64,000 nucleotides of DNA from Phoronis australis (Eukaryota > Animalia > Phoronida): positions 1,139,556 to 1,203,555 of the forward strand of contig NMRA01000028.1 of NCBI GenBank assembly GCA_002633005.1, in the 5' to 3' direction. The translations under genes and the position numbers were made by a program. Below are positions 1 to 11,695 of the stretch, one piece after another. The notes beneath the pieces were generated by a model. The model saw nothing but the letters and a program-made list of their open reading frames with translations, was not told the DNA's origin and did no database searches. How positions within the stretch are numbered: position 1 is the stretch's first letter; every line of letters starts with the position of its first letter.

Positions 1-636
1 CACTGACAGAACATCTTGTGAGCTATAAACAGGAAATTGACTTTAATACATTTTACATATTGGAATCACAAATTGAATGGTGCGAATTCGTTTATTCTGG
101 CGAGCGTGCACCTCGAGAAGCAGTGTTGCCTGCTCTCGTGGAACAAAACACCCTTATCGGCGCCTCGAGCTGACAAGGAAGAAACTTCCTCTTTGTTCAA
201 AACGCGACTCATCTATTCCTGTATACACAAAAATATTTTAACAACGTTCATGAAGTACTCTATTTTGTCACCAGCAGCAAAATACGAGTACCGGTACTGC
301 CTATTGTACTCTACTGGCATACGGAACACCTAGGGTACGTTTGCAGCCTGAAGTTTACCATCATAGTATTTCTGAACTGCGCACATCCAATCATGTGATT
401 TTTAAATGGAGAATTTCAACTCAATTCCTCGAAGTCTATAAGCCCCATATTCGACCTTGTAATCGATTGTTGTCTGTGGCTAATTGAATTTTCTATACAG
501 GTGTTCCGACGTGACTTCTAACTTTTCAAAAAGTTGTATACGACTTGTCGATAAAATAGAGCGATTACGACTATGCTCTGATTTTCGTTCGACGTGAGAG
601 AAACCGCAGGCGACTTTTGGAAAACTGACAACACAC

Positions 637-767
637 TCAGACTGCCCTATACCAATTTCTACGAAAAGAATCGGAGTGCGGAGTACGGCATGGTTTAAGG
701 TAATCTTTTTCCCGTGGACTACTTTTAATAGGTTCACTTGGACGGGTGACTTGTGTGACCACATTCG
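637..767 (-). CDS. Tentative coding exon 8 of the Ig gene (possibly terminal)
   Basis: Strong acceptor tttcttttcctttcatag at 768-769. Read in phase 1 it gives SNVVTQVTRPSEPIKSSPREKDYLKPCRTPHSDSFRRNWYRAV then TGA at 637-639. Frame and end are uncertain. Confidence 0.4.
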
Positions 768-844
768 CTATGAAAGGAAAAGAAATGACTTTCCGATTAA
801 GTTCCCTGTGAAAACGCTCACTTTTTGAGTTGGAATTACTACTT

Positions 845-1080
845 ACGCACTTTGGTGGCGCTGCAAATATGATTGTTGTGCATTGTTGTTTAGGACACGT
901 TGCCTCGTTTTAGCATTAATTTTAACGACGCAAACGTGAAAGAGCGCGTTTCAAACACGCAGAATAAATGTAGTTTGGACACAACACCTTGTTTACAAGC
1001 ATGATAGCTAATTCGTACACGTAGTGAGTAAAAGGGTATATTTATGCACCAAATCTGTGCTGAATTATTTCACATTATAG
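845..1080 (+). repeat. Interspersed repeat, copy A (inverted homolog at 42340-42530)
   Basis: Shares ggcgct.caaa, ctcgttttagcat, gcaaacgt.aaag, tgtagtttggacacaacac and aattcgt blocks with the reverse complement of 42340-42530. Confidence 0.7.
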
Positions 1081-1384
1081 TTTGCTTGAGATAAAAATAC
1101 GATTTAAAGTTTTGTTGCCTCACGTAATGGACTGCAGAATTAACGTATCATCCCCGTTTTGAACATCACCTGACTAGCCATACTACATGATGGATGTTCG
1201 GAAATGTGCAGCAAAGAAAAACCTCGGTGATGAATTGTGGTGCTAAAAATTGCGGAGGCTCATGAACAAATATAACTGTATCTGTTGTCCCCAGACAAAG
1301 AACTTCGTTATACTCTAAGTCCCTTTTTGGAACGATTTACCAAATAGCCTGAAGGGGTGGAAGGTTTTGATGAGGTCATGAAAC

Positions 1385-1448
1385 TGATGATGATGATGAC
1401 TAATATTGTTATTATTATTGTTGTTGTTATTGTTATTATTATTATTAT
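1385..1448. repeat. Degenerate (GAT)/(ATT)/(GTT) trinucleotide microsatellite in an Ig gene intron
   Basis: tgatgatgatgatgac...attattattgttgttgttattgttattattattatt is seen directly. Confidence 0.85.
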
Positions 1449-1474
1449 GTTTGCGACAGTCTCCAAGTAGTTAC

Positions 1475-1668
1475 ATTTTATCGTCACCGTCAGGTTGGCG
1501 CATGCTGTCTGGTTTGGTTCACTAATAAGAGTAGCGCAGACGGAATAGTCGCCCTTATGCCGCTCTGTGGCGTTGGTGAATCTCATCCAATTTGGACGTT
1601 CGGAGGCGTACTTGCGCTGTTCTCCGAGACCAGGAGGGAATGTCCAGTTATATGTCAGACGCGCAGAA
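1475..1668 (-). CDS. Ig-superfamily gene, coding exon 7 (Ig3 C-half)
   Basis: Acceptor ttactttctcccag and donor T|GTAACT. 194 nt, phase 2 to 1, encoding SARLTYNWTF...MRFTNATERHKGDYSVCATLISEPNQTACANLTVTIK. Lies within ORF 1308..1712. Confidence 0.82.
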
Positions 1669-2900
1669 CTGGGAGAAAGTAAGCAGTATAAATCATATAT
1701 AAAACTTATCACATTAACATGGATGGATCACAGAATGCAATGCAATATTCAAACAAACCTTTTGTGCTGTACATCCCCAAATTCATTGGCTTCTGAGTCA
1801 CGCGATACAAATTAACACGTACAGGCTACTCTTGCGCTAATCAAAAAACTTCACAAGAACCTCCGGGTAATTTAGAAACAGGTCTGGAAGGGAGAATTCT
1901 TAAAGGATTATACCTGGTGCAAACGAGGATAAAATGCGCTTTGTATTCCATTACATTTTGGTTATATACTTTACAATGGAGTTGCCGAGAAGATACCCAA
2001 TATTCCATGCACTCCCAAATGACAAAATTCCTAATCTCGACTATGCTAATACAGGTCTCAATTTTGAAAGCAGAAAGACATAGTTCACAATGCAGTACTT
2101 TGACTCGTAAAGTTTTATGAAACGCAATCGAAACGAAACCACTCCAAGCCGTTCCCGCTTTTTCAAACGTAAATAACCAAAAAATTCAACAGCAACCAGT
2201 TAAGACGTGAAACAATTGAACCTATGGCAATATATCTTTGAAAGGGGAGCTCCAGTTATTTTTACATATATTGCAATAATAAATAAAAACCGTGGTGCAA
2301 TTCTGTTTTCATCAATGATCACAATAAAACGATTTCACAAACAGGTCGTGTTTTTGTGTTGTTTATGAACAGCCATTGTCTCTGCATAAGACTGCATATT
2401 TATGTACTCATAGGAAAAGCCAGAGGGCTCTGGAACGAACTTTTTCACACGATGAGAAGCATTGACAGCCTCAAGCTCCGTTGCAGTACTTAATGTCTAA
2501 ACCAACAGCGCGGTTGCTGTCTGCCAAGAAAGAGCCATCAGTCGCTACCACAATAGCATTCTCACTAGCAGACAAGGCATTTGGTAAAAGCGTTGATACT
2601 CATGTTTCCAAACATTTTGTGTTTCCCTGCAAGGGTGCCTAGCCCTCTGCCTGTGGACTCAGCTAGCATCTGAGCGGTTGTCTTATAATCTAAATTCTTA
2701 TTAAGAGAGACCCATAAATACTTACGTCCATGTTGTGCAGCCTGTCAACGTGTCGCCTCAAAGCGATATAAAATATTTCACGAGTTTTTATAACATCGCA
2801 CGAATCAGCAAACTAATGAAAGCGACTGCGTAAAAAATAAAGTACAGGATTCGTTTATTTCGAACAAAAATATTGAACACGCATGGGTCGCTTGTCTTAC

Positions 2901-3006
2901 CTCAGACAGAAAACTGCTTTGAAATCAAATGAAGATCCTTCTACAACCTGGATGTTGGTAGAATTGGTGGGAAATAAAACCGACAACGTGTTCAAACCGT
3001 TCATGT
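2901..3006 (-). CDS. Ig-superfamily gene, coding exon 6 (Ig3 N-half)
   Basis: Acceptor ttttcttttgtag and donor AG|GTAAGA. 106 nt, phase 1 to 2, encoding DMNGLNTLSVLFPTNSTNIQVVEGSSFDFKAVFCL. Confidence 0.82.
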
Positions 3007-3099
3007 CTACAAAAGAAAACCGTGGTTCTATTGGTTGTAATTCGGATTTTGAAGTTTATGTTAACAGACATAATGTGAAATCAGTTTTGGGCGAAGTTA

Positions 3100-4930
3100 C
3101 AGCAGTAAATGGGATTAAATCTGCTGTAAATCCAACCTTACAGCTACTGATGTTTGGCATTTCCATCAAGCGTCTCGTCCAACCTTCATCCATTCTTACA
3201 ACTGTGGATGTCAACTTGCCCAAGAACTGGTAGATGCATTCTTGGAGCATTTTATCCGACAAAGCGACCATGACGATACTGCGGAGAACCACCTCATCAT
3301 GCAGCTGGATGAAGTCTGCACGGCAACAGAACACGGTCTTGGCTTCTGACATATGCAATGATATTATGTCGAGCAAAGAAGTGCTTCATGGCCTGACGGA
3401 GTCAAGATTTCTGCCCTCAAGTCACTACCTCTTCCTACAACTGATCAATTGGTTAAATCGTACTGAAGGTATTCCCCAAGTTGGGACAGATGCTTTTCTT
3501 GGACCAGTGTCAAAACCCGGTAAAGATCACCACTCTCTCAAACGCTATTCCATAATTGTTATGAAACAAACCATTGGTAAAATCCCAGAGAAAGTAATTA
3601 CTTGGCGGATTGCACATTTTATCGACCCTTCGCCACCTAGGGGACTGGGTGCATACTGCCCAAGCAGACAAACCTGGGCCAATGATGCTTCTGTGGCTGA
3701 CGAAATCTGGAGGGGCTTTGAAGACAAGGAGCATACATTGTTTGTTAGCCCGAACTTGGAAGACGCGTACAACTCCGTCCATCTGCAAACTCTAGTGCTG
3801 CACCTTGGAATCTTTGCTCATTGTGTCCGCTGGGTCATGGCTTCGCTCAGCACGAGGAGGTGCATCATATTTATGAAACACCGCTCTTGAGGGGCTCAGA
3901 TTGGTTCTTAACTAGTACTGGTCTACCATTGGGGCCACCACTATCACAAGTCCTTTTCAACATATACACACTCCCACTCGAAAGACCAAATCGCATTGAA
4001 TTTAAGCTAGGTACTTTCGCAGATAACACCCTGGTCATTACTCAAGCCGGGTAAAATCCGTCAGATTGTCAAGACTCAACCTATTGTTGAGGGAAGACAA
4101 AATTATTGCGCACCCTCGTGGCATGAACTGCAATGCTGAAAAGTGCAAAACCCTCTCATGCACACTTTACAATCGCCTTTGTGTCCAGAACATCCAGTCT
4201 CCCGTACATGACGGCATGCACATCACTGTCTCTGGTCTCTTTTGTCATTTGGGCACCCAGTTCGATCGTCGACACAAATTCACAACCCATGTTAACAAAG
4301 TGCTCACACAAGCCAATTCACCCAGAAAGGCTCTGAGAACTGTTGCTGGACGGAAGGCTGAGGAGAGGCAAGGGTTTCTGGATTTCAGCGACGGTATGTG
4401 CTTCCATCGATATGATAAGTGTGCTCTTCATTGCTACGGCTGCAGACTGGATGTCTGGTCATGCGGTCGAGGAACAACCTACTGTCGTTGTCACTTTCAA
4501 GAAGCAGGCAAGAGAATGTCCAGAGGCGATGTGCTGAGACTCACTGTCGCCACCTATTTTAGGAAGTGAGGAAGGTATTGTGGTTGCGACTGATGTATGT
4601 CCCGGCAGGCAACAATTGCACTGGTTGGGGCTACCAGGCAATATCACTGTTGCGGAAGGATCTGGTTGCCACATCATGTACATCATCAGAACTCGCATTG
4701 AATTTGAGGCCGTGCAGGCTCTCTGAACTAGATCGGGCCCCGGGCATCTTTACAACAGACTCTATGACTGTCTTGTCAAAGATATGCTCAAACAACCTGC
4801 CATCTTACTGGCTCATTTTCCGTGTCAAGCATCTATCCTGGGCTGTGGTGTTGACATTAATATGTGCTTGGTCCTGCCGGCGTCCAAGTGAACGATAGAA
4901 CGGATCACCTGGCTAGGGCATCGAATGACA
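3100..4930 (+). mobile_element. Decayed non-LTR retrotransposon with RT and RNase H (I-group/Ingi-like), antisense within an Ig gene intron
   Basis: Frameshifted motifs appear in the expected order: PVSKPGKD..RY.I..IGKIPEKVI; NLEDAYNSV; GLPLGPPLSQVLFNIY; FADN; LGTQFDRRHKFTTHV. RNase H remnants follow: VVATD, GWG, TDSMTVL, GPAGVQVNDRTDHLAR (~4865-4917). Boundaries are approximate. Confidence 0.85.
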
Positions 4931-5518
4931 ACAACCCCGTTTGGCTAAACACTCTTCCACACTCAACATCAAACAGGGATTGTCAACCTATGGTGACTGG
5001 ACCCACATCATGAACTCTGGAACTTTATTTTCAACCTGAGCCTCAAGTAGGTCCAGGGGCATACAAAGGCGACTGAAAAACCAACAGCTATCGGGCAACA
5101 TCAGTATTGGAAGTTTGCGTATACTGCTGTCAGGATGGAAGTGTGGTGAGACGATTAGTGCTGCCGCACATTGTCTATGACTCTGTGTGCAACAGGTAAT
5201 TTTACAGGTTATTTTGTTATAGCAGTGACAATACTTAGGCACCAAAACGTCTGAATAATACTATGTAGGTAACCGTCAGGAGTTCCTTATCGACAACGTG
5301 TATAATCATATAACAAAAATAACAGGTTTGCATCTCTGATATTTTCTCATGCAATTAGTTGTTGTGGGTGGAAAAGTGTCAAAATCATAGATTTTTTTTG
5401 GTCATTTTTGGCATCTCAATTTTTGTTTCCGGTGGACGTAGCAAGGCGGAGCAAGCGCTTGCTCACGATGTCCCTCCGCCTCAAGTACGTAAAGAAGAAT
5501 TATCTTCAGTTTCAGCAA

Positions 5519-5801
5519 TGAGGGTCGTTTTATTTATTTTCGTAAGTCCGGTGTTAGTTGAGACGGTCGTAATTCGAACTTAATTTGCTTACAGTTCGTT
5601 ACGTGGCTCGTGAAGGCGGTTGCTAAGTCTAAATACGATAAACCGTCAATTTCACGTCAGTTACTACACTTGTGCACTTCTAAAAACGCAGCATCAATTT
5701 TGCAATAACGTGTCTGCTACAACCATCTTTGCCATGAGTATCTTTGTTACAACTGTCCTTGATACGACCGTACTTACGACCTTTAATAAAATAGACACCT
5801 G
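5519..5801. mobile_element. Putative MITE (Harbinger-like) with degenerate TIRs and ~15-bp internal subrepeats
   Basis: Left end gggtcgttttatt...tcgtaagt; right end acttacgacctttaataaaatagacacc. Periodic acaac/acgac subrepeats at 5715-5780. Confidence 0.4.
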
Positions 5802-5877
5802 ATGCAATTTAGTTATATGATGATGAGAAAGACGATGATAACAAAGGAGTGCAACATACTTCACGTTATCAATTTAC

Positions 5878-6051
5878 CTGGTTGTTTAAAACTTGGGTAC
5901 TTGTAGGTTTGAGAGATGAGTGTCTCCCCCGTATACGGGTTTGTCTGAAGGCAGCTCAGCGTTTCATTCTCGTGAACATGATCCTTTATGGGTCCAGTAG
6001 AGTTGTCCACAAACAGTAACTTCCTGGCGTTAGGTTCGGCCTTGAATTCCT
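5878..6051 (-). CDS. Ig-superfamily gene, coding exon 5 (Ig2 C-half)
   Basis: Acceptor gtattttag and donor G|GTAAAT. 174 nt, phase 1 to 1, open, encoding ...KLLFVDN...ETLSCLQTNPYTGETLISQTY (C-x-x-x-N-P-x-T pattern of L1/contactin Ig2). Confidence 0.85.
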
Positions 6052-6873
6052 CTAAAATACATGAGATGCAGAGTCACGTCAGGATCCCAAAGATAAAAAT
6101 ATGCAAATATAACGAGGAAATCTAAAATTGAAAATTAACGAACATGCATAATAAGATTTCAACTGTAACAATGCCATTTGTTCTTGGTGTATAGCCGTCT
6201 TCAAACATCAAATGTTTGGAGGAAGTTTAAAACAGTGCAACTAGTCAACTAGCGTTAGGTTCATGAGAGTTGCTCGGCAATTACCGCAAAAAGACCTCGA
6301 AGGCTCGAACCCACTATAAAAGTAATTTAACTATCAATATCGGCACTAATTCTGATGTAACTGACTACAATATCTGTTCGAGGGTGAAAGCATTAATTAA
6401 AATAGTAAGACGCCTTTCCCGGTCTCTTCATTGGAAACACCGTTGCACCCATTATAAAACAGACTGGAGGACTTCGGGGGGTCAAAACAGAAACTGCTAA
6501 AACGTGACGTTGATGATCCACTTGGGGTCAGTTACCTGACTGCAAAGAAATCGTGTTTAATGTATTTCGTTTTTTTCGTAAAAATTGATCTTGTTGTTAA
6601 GAGTGCATTACAATGGCGAAGGGAATGTTTTGAGAGGATTGGTTTTTGAAAAACAGTGAAAATGGTGGCGGTGGTGGAGCAGCGCTGCTCGTGTTTTACT
6701 GCTGCAGCTGGATTTTGTAGGTCAGTGCTACACTTTGCTACGTTTTTGCTCGAAAACTTGCTATGGTTAGGGCAAAAAGGTTCACGTTTAGGTGTTTTCG
6801 TTGCTTGAGTCGACATCATGGACCTAGATAAATCGACTAGTGGCACGAGCACCACTAATTAACATAAACTTAC

Positions 6874-7071
6874 CATTAGTTAGAGTCAGGTGTATCTTGT
6901 CGCTGTCCGCCAACGATTTGTTGATTTCCCTGTACTCTGTCCTCACCACCCATCTCACTTCTTGTTGAGGTACTGACTCTATCCACTCTCCACATGACAA
7001 TGACAGCGTCACACCGGGAGTGTAGTCAAGTGCATGTGCCCAAGTCGACCTGTTGTCCTTTATCTCAAACC
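6874..7071 (-). CDS. Ig-superfamily gene, coding exon 4 (Ig2 N-half)
   Basis: Acceptor cttttacag and donor G|GTAAGT. 198 nt, phase 1 to 1, encoding ...TPGVTLSLSCGEWIESVPQQEVRWVV...DKIHLTLTN (B-strand Cys, C-strand Trp). Overlaps ORF 6824..7012. Confidence 0.88.
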
Positions 7072-7229
7072 CTGTAAAAGGAGAATTTTAATTTGAATAA
7101 AAGCAACAAATAAATTGTTGTACAGCTGAATCAACAAAAGTCCGACCACCTGGTACTCGTGACCACTAAACTATACTTGACACATCGACTCGATAAGAAA
7201 TTCCAAGTCTGTGGGTAGGTAACGCGTGT

Positions 7230-7355
7230 GGGTTTTACACGTTTACGCGTGAACGATTGCGGGTTTTACATGTTTACGAGTGAGCGCGTACATGTTTTAC
7301 ATTTATTCCCGTTCAGTTTTACTCGTCAGCGCGTTTACGTTGTCTCATTTACACG
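7230..7355. repeat. Degenerate ~30-bp tandem repeat (gggttttacacgtttacgcgtga...)
   Basis: Two clear units followed by decaying ttttac/tttacg units. Confidence 0.6.
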
Positions 7356-7604
7356 TTAATCTATTTTTAACGGGTAGCTCTCACAACGAAGATAAAAACA
7401 CGAGTAAGGGAGATTCGGCTGACAGACTTGAAATTCCACAGCTCGACAAATCACATCGCCTAAAATTAAGAAAACACGGTATCTTCTGTGTTCAGACCCA
7501 ATTCATACATTATGTTACTCGCACCAGAGAGCAAACTCTTTGTATATACGGTTATGCCACAGATGTTTGGTTTTTATACTTCAAATTAACTAGAACGCAC
7601 TTAC

Positions 7605-7801
7605 GAATCACATCAATCTTTGCCAGGTCCGATAAGATGCCAAACTGTGAGTTATTAGCGAGGCACTGATAGAAGGCGTCGTCTGTTTTGGTCAAGTTCA
7701 AGATGACCAAAGTATGTCCTTGAGAAGTATTGTACCTTTGGTCACTTAGATCGATTTCTGTTTGTTGGCCTGTCCCAGGATATACTTTAAACCACGCGTA
7801 A
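7605..7801 (-). CDS. Ig-superfamily gene, coding exon 3 (Ig1 C-half)
   Basis: Acceptor atttaatag and donor C|GTAAGT. 197 nt, phase 2 to 1, encoding SYAWFK...LVILNLTKTDDAFYQCLANNSQFGILSDLAKIDVI. Contains the Ig C-strand W and a D-x-A-x-Y-Q-C-x-A-x-N motif like L1/contactin Ig1. Confidence 0.9.
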
Positions 7802-7896
7802 CTATTAAATGGAAACCACCCCCTGACATCAATAAGAAATTGTTATTCGGATCTCAGTGTTGAGTTTTGAGCTAATAGCCCTACACAAGTAGTTAT

Positions 7897-7996
7897 CAGG
7901 GGCGGATCCAGGATTTTGAGTTAGGGGGAACAGGGCACAGTAATAACCAGAATTTCGCCANTGGCCCCCCTTGGCCCCCCTCTAAATCCGCCACTG
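7897..7996 (-). mobile_element. MITE with CAG(G/T)GGCGGAT TIRs and a 5-bp TSD (GTTAT); family also at 31749-31887 and 60215-60370
   Basis: gttat|caggggcggat...atccgccactg|gttat. Shares ctcaaaatcctggat with the other copies in the opposite orientation. Contains an N at 7961. Confidence 0.8.
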
Positions 7997-8691
7997 GTTA
8001 TAGGGGTAGGTTGAGATTTCGATTACGTACTAGTACTTCTACCGCGTAACTGATGTCCTTGAGCAAGTTGCACAAGCTGGATTGCTCCTGTCAACTTTTC
8101 AAATGACCAGAATACCAGATATTAGGAAAAAAAAACTGGGAATGATTGCCGCTAGTCCTTTCCCCTGATATTGGTTAGAGATAAACAAAAAATCCTGCAT
8201 CTTTTTGCTTTTGTCAGGTGGAATTCCGCCATTGAAAATAAATTAAAATACCGCACCACCGACTCCACTTTCAAAAAACACCGACCAGAACCAGCTATGG
8301 TTTTTAAACAACTCTTGGTGTAAAACTGCAAACAGGCGTCATGTTCTCAATGGTAATGAGATAAAACAAGCAAAATCAAAATTAAAAAATGGCGAGAAAT
8401 AAGCAAAATGCCAAAACGATCACGGTAAACTGACTGCCCTTCGTTAGTTATTCAGCAAGTTTATTTCATCTTACAATGTGTGACTAGATTATACACCACG
8501 TTATTTTCAGCGGTCTCTTGGAATAATAGTAAGCTGCTAATTATTTACGTTCCAACTGTAACGCACAATGAGCAGGAAGTACTTGCAATGATTTCATATT
8601 TTAGAGCATGATTAATTTCTAAGTCACAGTAATTGAAACCATTTCACATGTATTTTTCGATAAACGGACAAACGTTTGTCACAAAGCTCAC

Positions 8692-8800
8692 CTTACGTTT
8701 TGGGTAGCATCAACGAAAAACTGTAACGCAACAGCCTGGCCTTTCAAAGCTGACAAACCTACAGGTTGTTGTACCACTGTCATGAAGCGACTGGAAAGAA
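8692..8800 (-). CDS. Ig-superfamily gene, coding exon 2 (Ig1 N-half)
   Basis: Acceptor ttctattgcag and donor AG|GTGAG. 109 nt, phase 1 to 2, encoding VLSSRFMTVVQQPVGLSALKGQAVALQFFVDATQNV (Ig A/A'/B strand pattern). Confidence 0.8.
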
Positions 8801-8916
8801 CTGCAATAGAACAAATGTAAATATTTATGTTACTTCAAAATTAAAGACACAAACTCAGTTCTCTTATGTGTTCAAGCTATCTTGTTTGAAAAAGGAACAA
8901 CGTGAATGAAATTTAC

Positions 8917-8968
8917 CTCGGAATACAAAGTTTACACCAAGTAAGAGTGAAAACAAAATAGCTCTCAT
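8917..8968 (-). CDS. Ig-superfamily (L1/contactin/hemolin-like) gene, coding exon 1 (signal peptide)
   Basis: ATG at 8968 gives MRAILFSLLLGVNFVFR, a hydrophobic signal peptide. It ends at a G|GTAAAT donor, phase 1, matching the next exon. Confidence 0.75.
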
Positions 8969-9977
8969 TTTGTCATAGTAAATTTTTCACCCCCGTCTAC
9001 CTCGCGTCGTTCACCGCACGCGGCCCCTCGTGACGTTGTCGTTGTGAGACGGTTTTATAGATCTAGGTAGTGGTTACCGAACACCGTGCTATTTAGATTG
9101 AAACTGTGTAGCCCTACCAATCTGTCAATAACACGTGCTGGCTTTGCTTGAGAGATATGTCAACCCAAAAGTTCAAAACAAAGCAGCAAAATTTTACTTT
9201 TGTAGTTGTAGCGAACGAAACTTGCCTGTGTAATTAAATAATCGTCCTCTGTTCTATTTACATGACCTTCAGAGAATTTGCCGCGGCAGTTCAAATCATA
9301 AAAATTTGCTTGACTCTTGATCACATTAGTTCCTTTCAAGCGCGCCAGTCATTAAGTCGTTTTTAGCAAAGCTCCCGATGCCAAATCATTTGCACAAAGG
9401 CCCTTGCAACTATCAAAGTTTAGGCCAAATTGTGTTCCAACGTGTTTCTACATGAAGCCTCAGGTTACGTCTCTAAGACAGGCTGGCAGTCGGCTTTTCT
9501 TTCTCGCTGAGTTGGACATATTTGTTAAGAAGAACACCGTCATTTCGTGGTAGATATGAACAGCCGAGTGACTGATGATTAGACCGCTGTTTCCTGCCTA
9601 TCCCTCGTCAACAGCCACACCTGGAAAATACAGGTAAACTTGTTTCTATAGGCTCACAAGGGATGTCTGTAAATTGCAGACTGAATGCAAAAATAAACAT
9701 CATCAACATTGTGATTTTGTTAATAATATATCCTTGTCATATAGAATAGTAATAGTGCATATGAATTTGTGATTAAATGGAATTGTTAAAGAGACATTTT
9801 TCGGATCATTGATTTGTTGGATAGTACAAACTTCTTGAAGTTATTAGCTTTGAAACAAAATGTGTTTTGTGATTTCATTATAAATTGCCAATTCTCGCCG
9901 TTATCTGCCAAGCAGTCGCTCAAAGCAAAGCCGGTGACTTTACTGGTAAGCGTTTTTTAAAATGCTCTTACATTTAT

Positions 9978-10138
9978 CGAGCATGATTTGGCTCCGAGGG
10001 CAGGGCGTCATGCTTCAACCGAGGTGCCAGGTTCGATTCCGGGCCGAGACTGATCTCATAAAATCCCCCAATGTCGCCGATAATTTCCCTTCAGTGATTA
10101 GGACAATCTTTCGTTCCCATTGATTGATTTATTTATTT
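9978..10138 (+). mobile_element. tRNA-derived SINE
   Basis: A-box-like TGGCTCCGAGGG (9989-10000) and B-box GGTTCGATTCC (10030-10040), followed by a tRNA-unrelated body and an (ATTG/ATTT)n tail. No intact cloverleaf. Confidence 0.65.
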
Positions 10139-10500
10139 AACATTGATTGACCACAAAAATTGTACAATACAACACAATGAAGTATAACAAAACACTGCAA
10201 AAAACAGATACAGATATAGCCATGGGTATAAACTAATGATCAGGGCTACCAGTGTGACCAAGTAACAAGTATGATATAAAACTAAAGAAAGGCAATCGAT
10301 ATACAGACGACACGAAAATGTAGTACATATTTCCATCGTGGTCCGCACTATATAGTGAGTTACATGCATGTAAGGTTATCAAAAATAATAAATAGATGCA
10401 TAAATGAATACATAATTTTATCTGTACATGTCTAAATAGACAAATAAAATGAACAAAAATAAAAAAAATAATCACATAAACAAGCAGACAAGGTGGGGAC
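10120..10500 (-). mobile_element. Probable 3' UTR and tail of a LINE, tail-to-tail with the SINE
   Basis: The minus strand is T-rich and ends ...ggtcaatcaatgttaaataaataaatcaatcaat, resembling LINE simple-repeat tails. No coding evidence. Confidence 0.35.
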
Positions 10501-11695
10501 ACGTACAAGGACGCTCCAGTAGAGAAATCGAGTTCAAGCTAAAAAGTTCCGTAATCAAACTCGACTTTCATTTTGATATCATTGAACCGTGTATTCATCT
10601 ACGTACGTTAATCAGAAAGTACTAGGCCACAAAATCAAATTGAAGTCATTTTTGTCCAGCTCAAAAATAAGTAGAACAAAAATAAAATGTAAAACTAAAT
10701 TTTAGTCTGAGCATGACCTCAGAAATGTTAATTCTTGTTCCATTTAAAGTACAAATGACCTTCATTCCTTTGCCTACACTCCTTCCGTTTGTTCACAAGA
10801 AAAACGCGCGCTCGATACTGACCTAAGTAGTAATACTCAGAAGAGCTCAAGTTGTTTATCAGAGTTAAGTTTTGATAGTATCCAGCTCCAGTCGGCAATC
10901 GATCGTCATGGTGCATTAATTTCTACAATGCCACACAGAAAAGAATATAAAACAAGGACAACTGGCCATTCTTGTAGCGATCGATCATGGCTATCAGACT
11001 GACTCCCACTAACAGCTAGTTGGAAACGTTTCGGACATTGGTAGATTTTGATCCAAGCTTATCTAGAGCTAGCTTCACCCAAAAACCTTCGTGGACCGAA
11101 ACAAGTTTTGCAATCGAAAAATGAGGTGCACCAATATACAGTTTGAAAAGTCGCCTACACAGTTAGCCAACACGCCTCTTATGTTCATTGTGGGTGACAC
11201 GGAGATCTCACGTCGCCCAAGGCGCAGTTCTCCATCTGGTTCGATTTCAAGTGATCATCATCTCCAGGTCCCCTTCTGGATCAGTAACGCCAAATGTCAT
11301 CCGCCAGTACGGACGCGTAATAATACTAACAATAATTATTCATTTCAGGATATCTGTAGTAAAACGGTCCCTAGGTTATGATGGTACTAGGCTAAGGCAT
11401 AGCGTAGTAATATTGAGAATGAAACCACTCTTTGCTGTAACAACGTTATCCTTGGCTTTATCAAACGTCTTTGGGTCATTTTAGGACGCTATTGGATGCA
11501 ACTGAAGAACAGGAAGAAGATTCAGGATCACCTCGGGACTGCCAAATCTCTTTCCGTGCCAATCGAAAATTCAGTGGTAAAGCGAGGGTCTCGAGCGTCC
11601 GGCCGCAACAATACAGAATAGCCCCATTGGCATGTCTTTCACAAAAGAAGGTTTGTGTTTCAATCTATACGCCTAAACTACAATAAATTCTCAAT

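Noticed and set aside
2726-2741. 16-nt AG...GTAAGT micro-exon on the minus strand between Ig exons 6 and 7
   Set aside because: It would shift the frame, the acceptor is weak, and exons 6 and 7 join in phase with normal B-to-C strand spacing without it.
3056-3376. Minus-strand ORF beginning LDIISL, suggesting an inverted endonuclease piece
   Set aside because: The plus strand here continues into the RT upstream region, so the resemblance is likely chance.
7961-7961. Apparent internal deletion of the MITE at 7897-7996
   Set aside because: The shortening coincides with an N, so it may be an assembly gap. Another single N lies at 17051.
8050-8100. tgtccttgagcaag, resembling a CORE-SINE core
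   Set aside because: The match is too short and no A/B boxes are recognisable upstream.
9985-10050. Possible tRNA gene
   Set aside because: It has A and B boxes but no complete cloverleaf or oligo-T terminator, and continues into a SINE-like body and tail.
11091-11686. Overlapping short ORFs and RT-like words (LADD, RMTFG) on the minus strand
   Set aside because: The motifs are isolated, in different frames, and have no supporting context.
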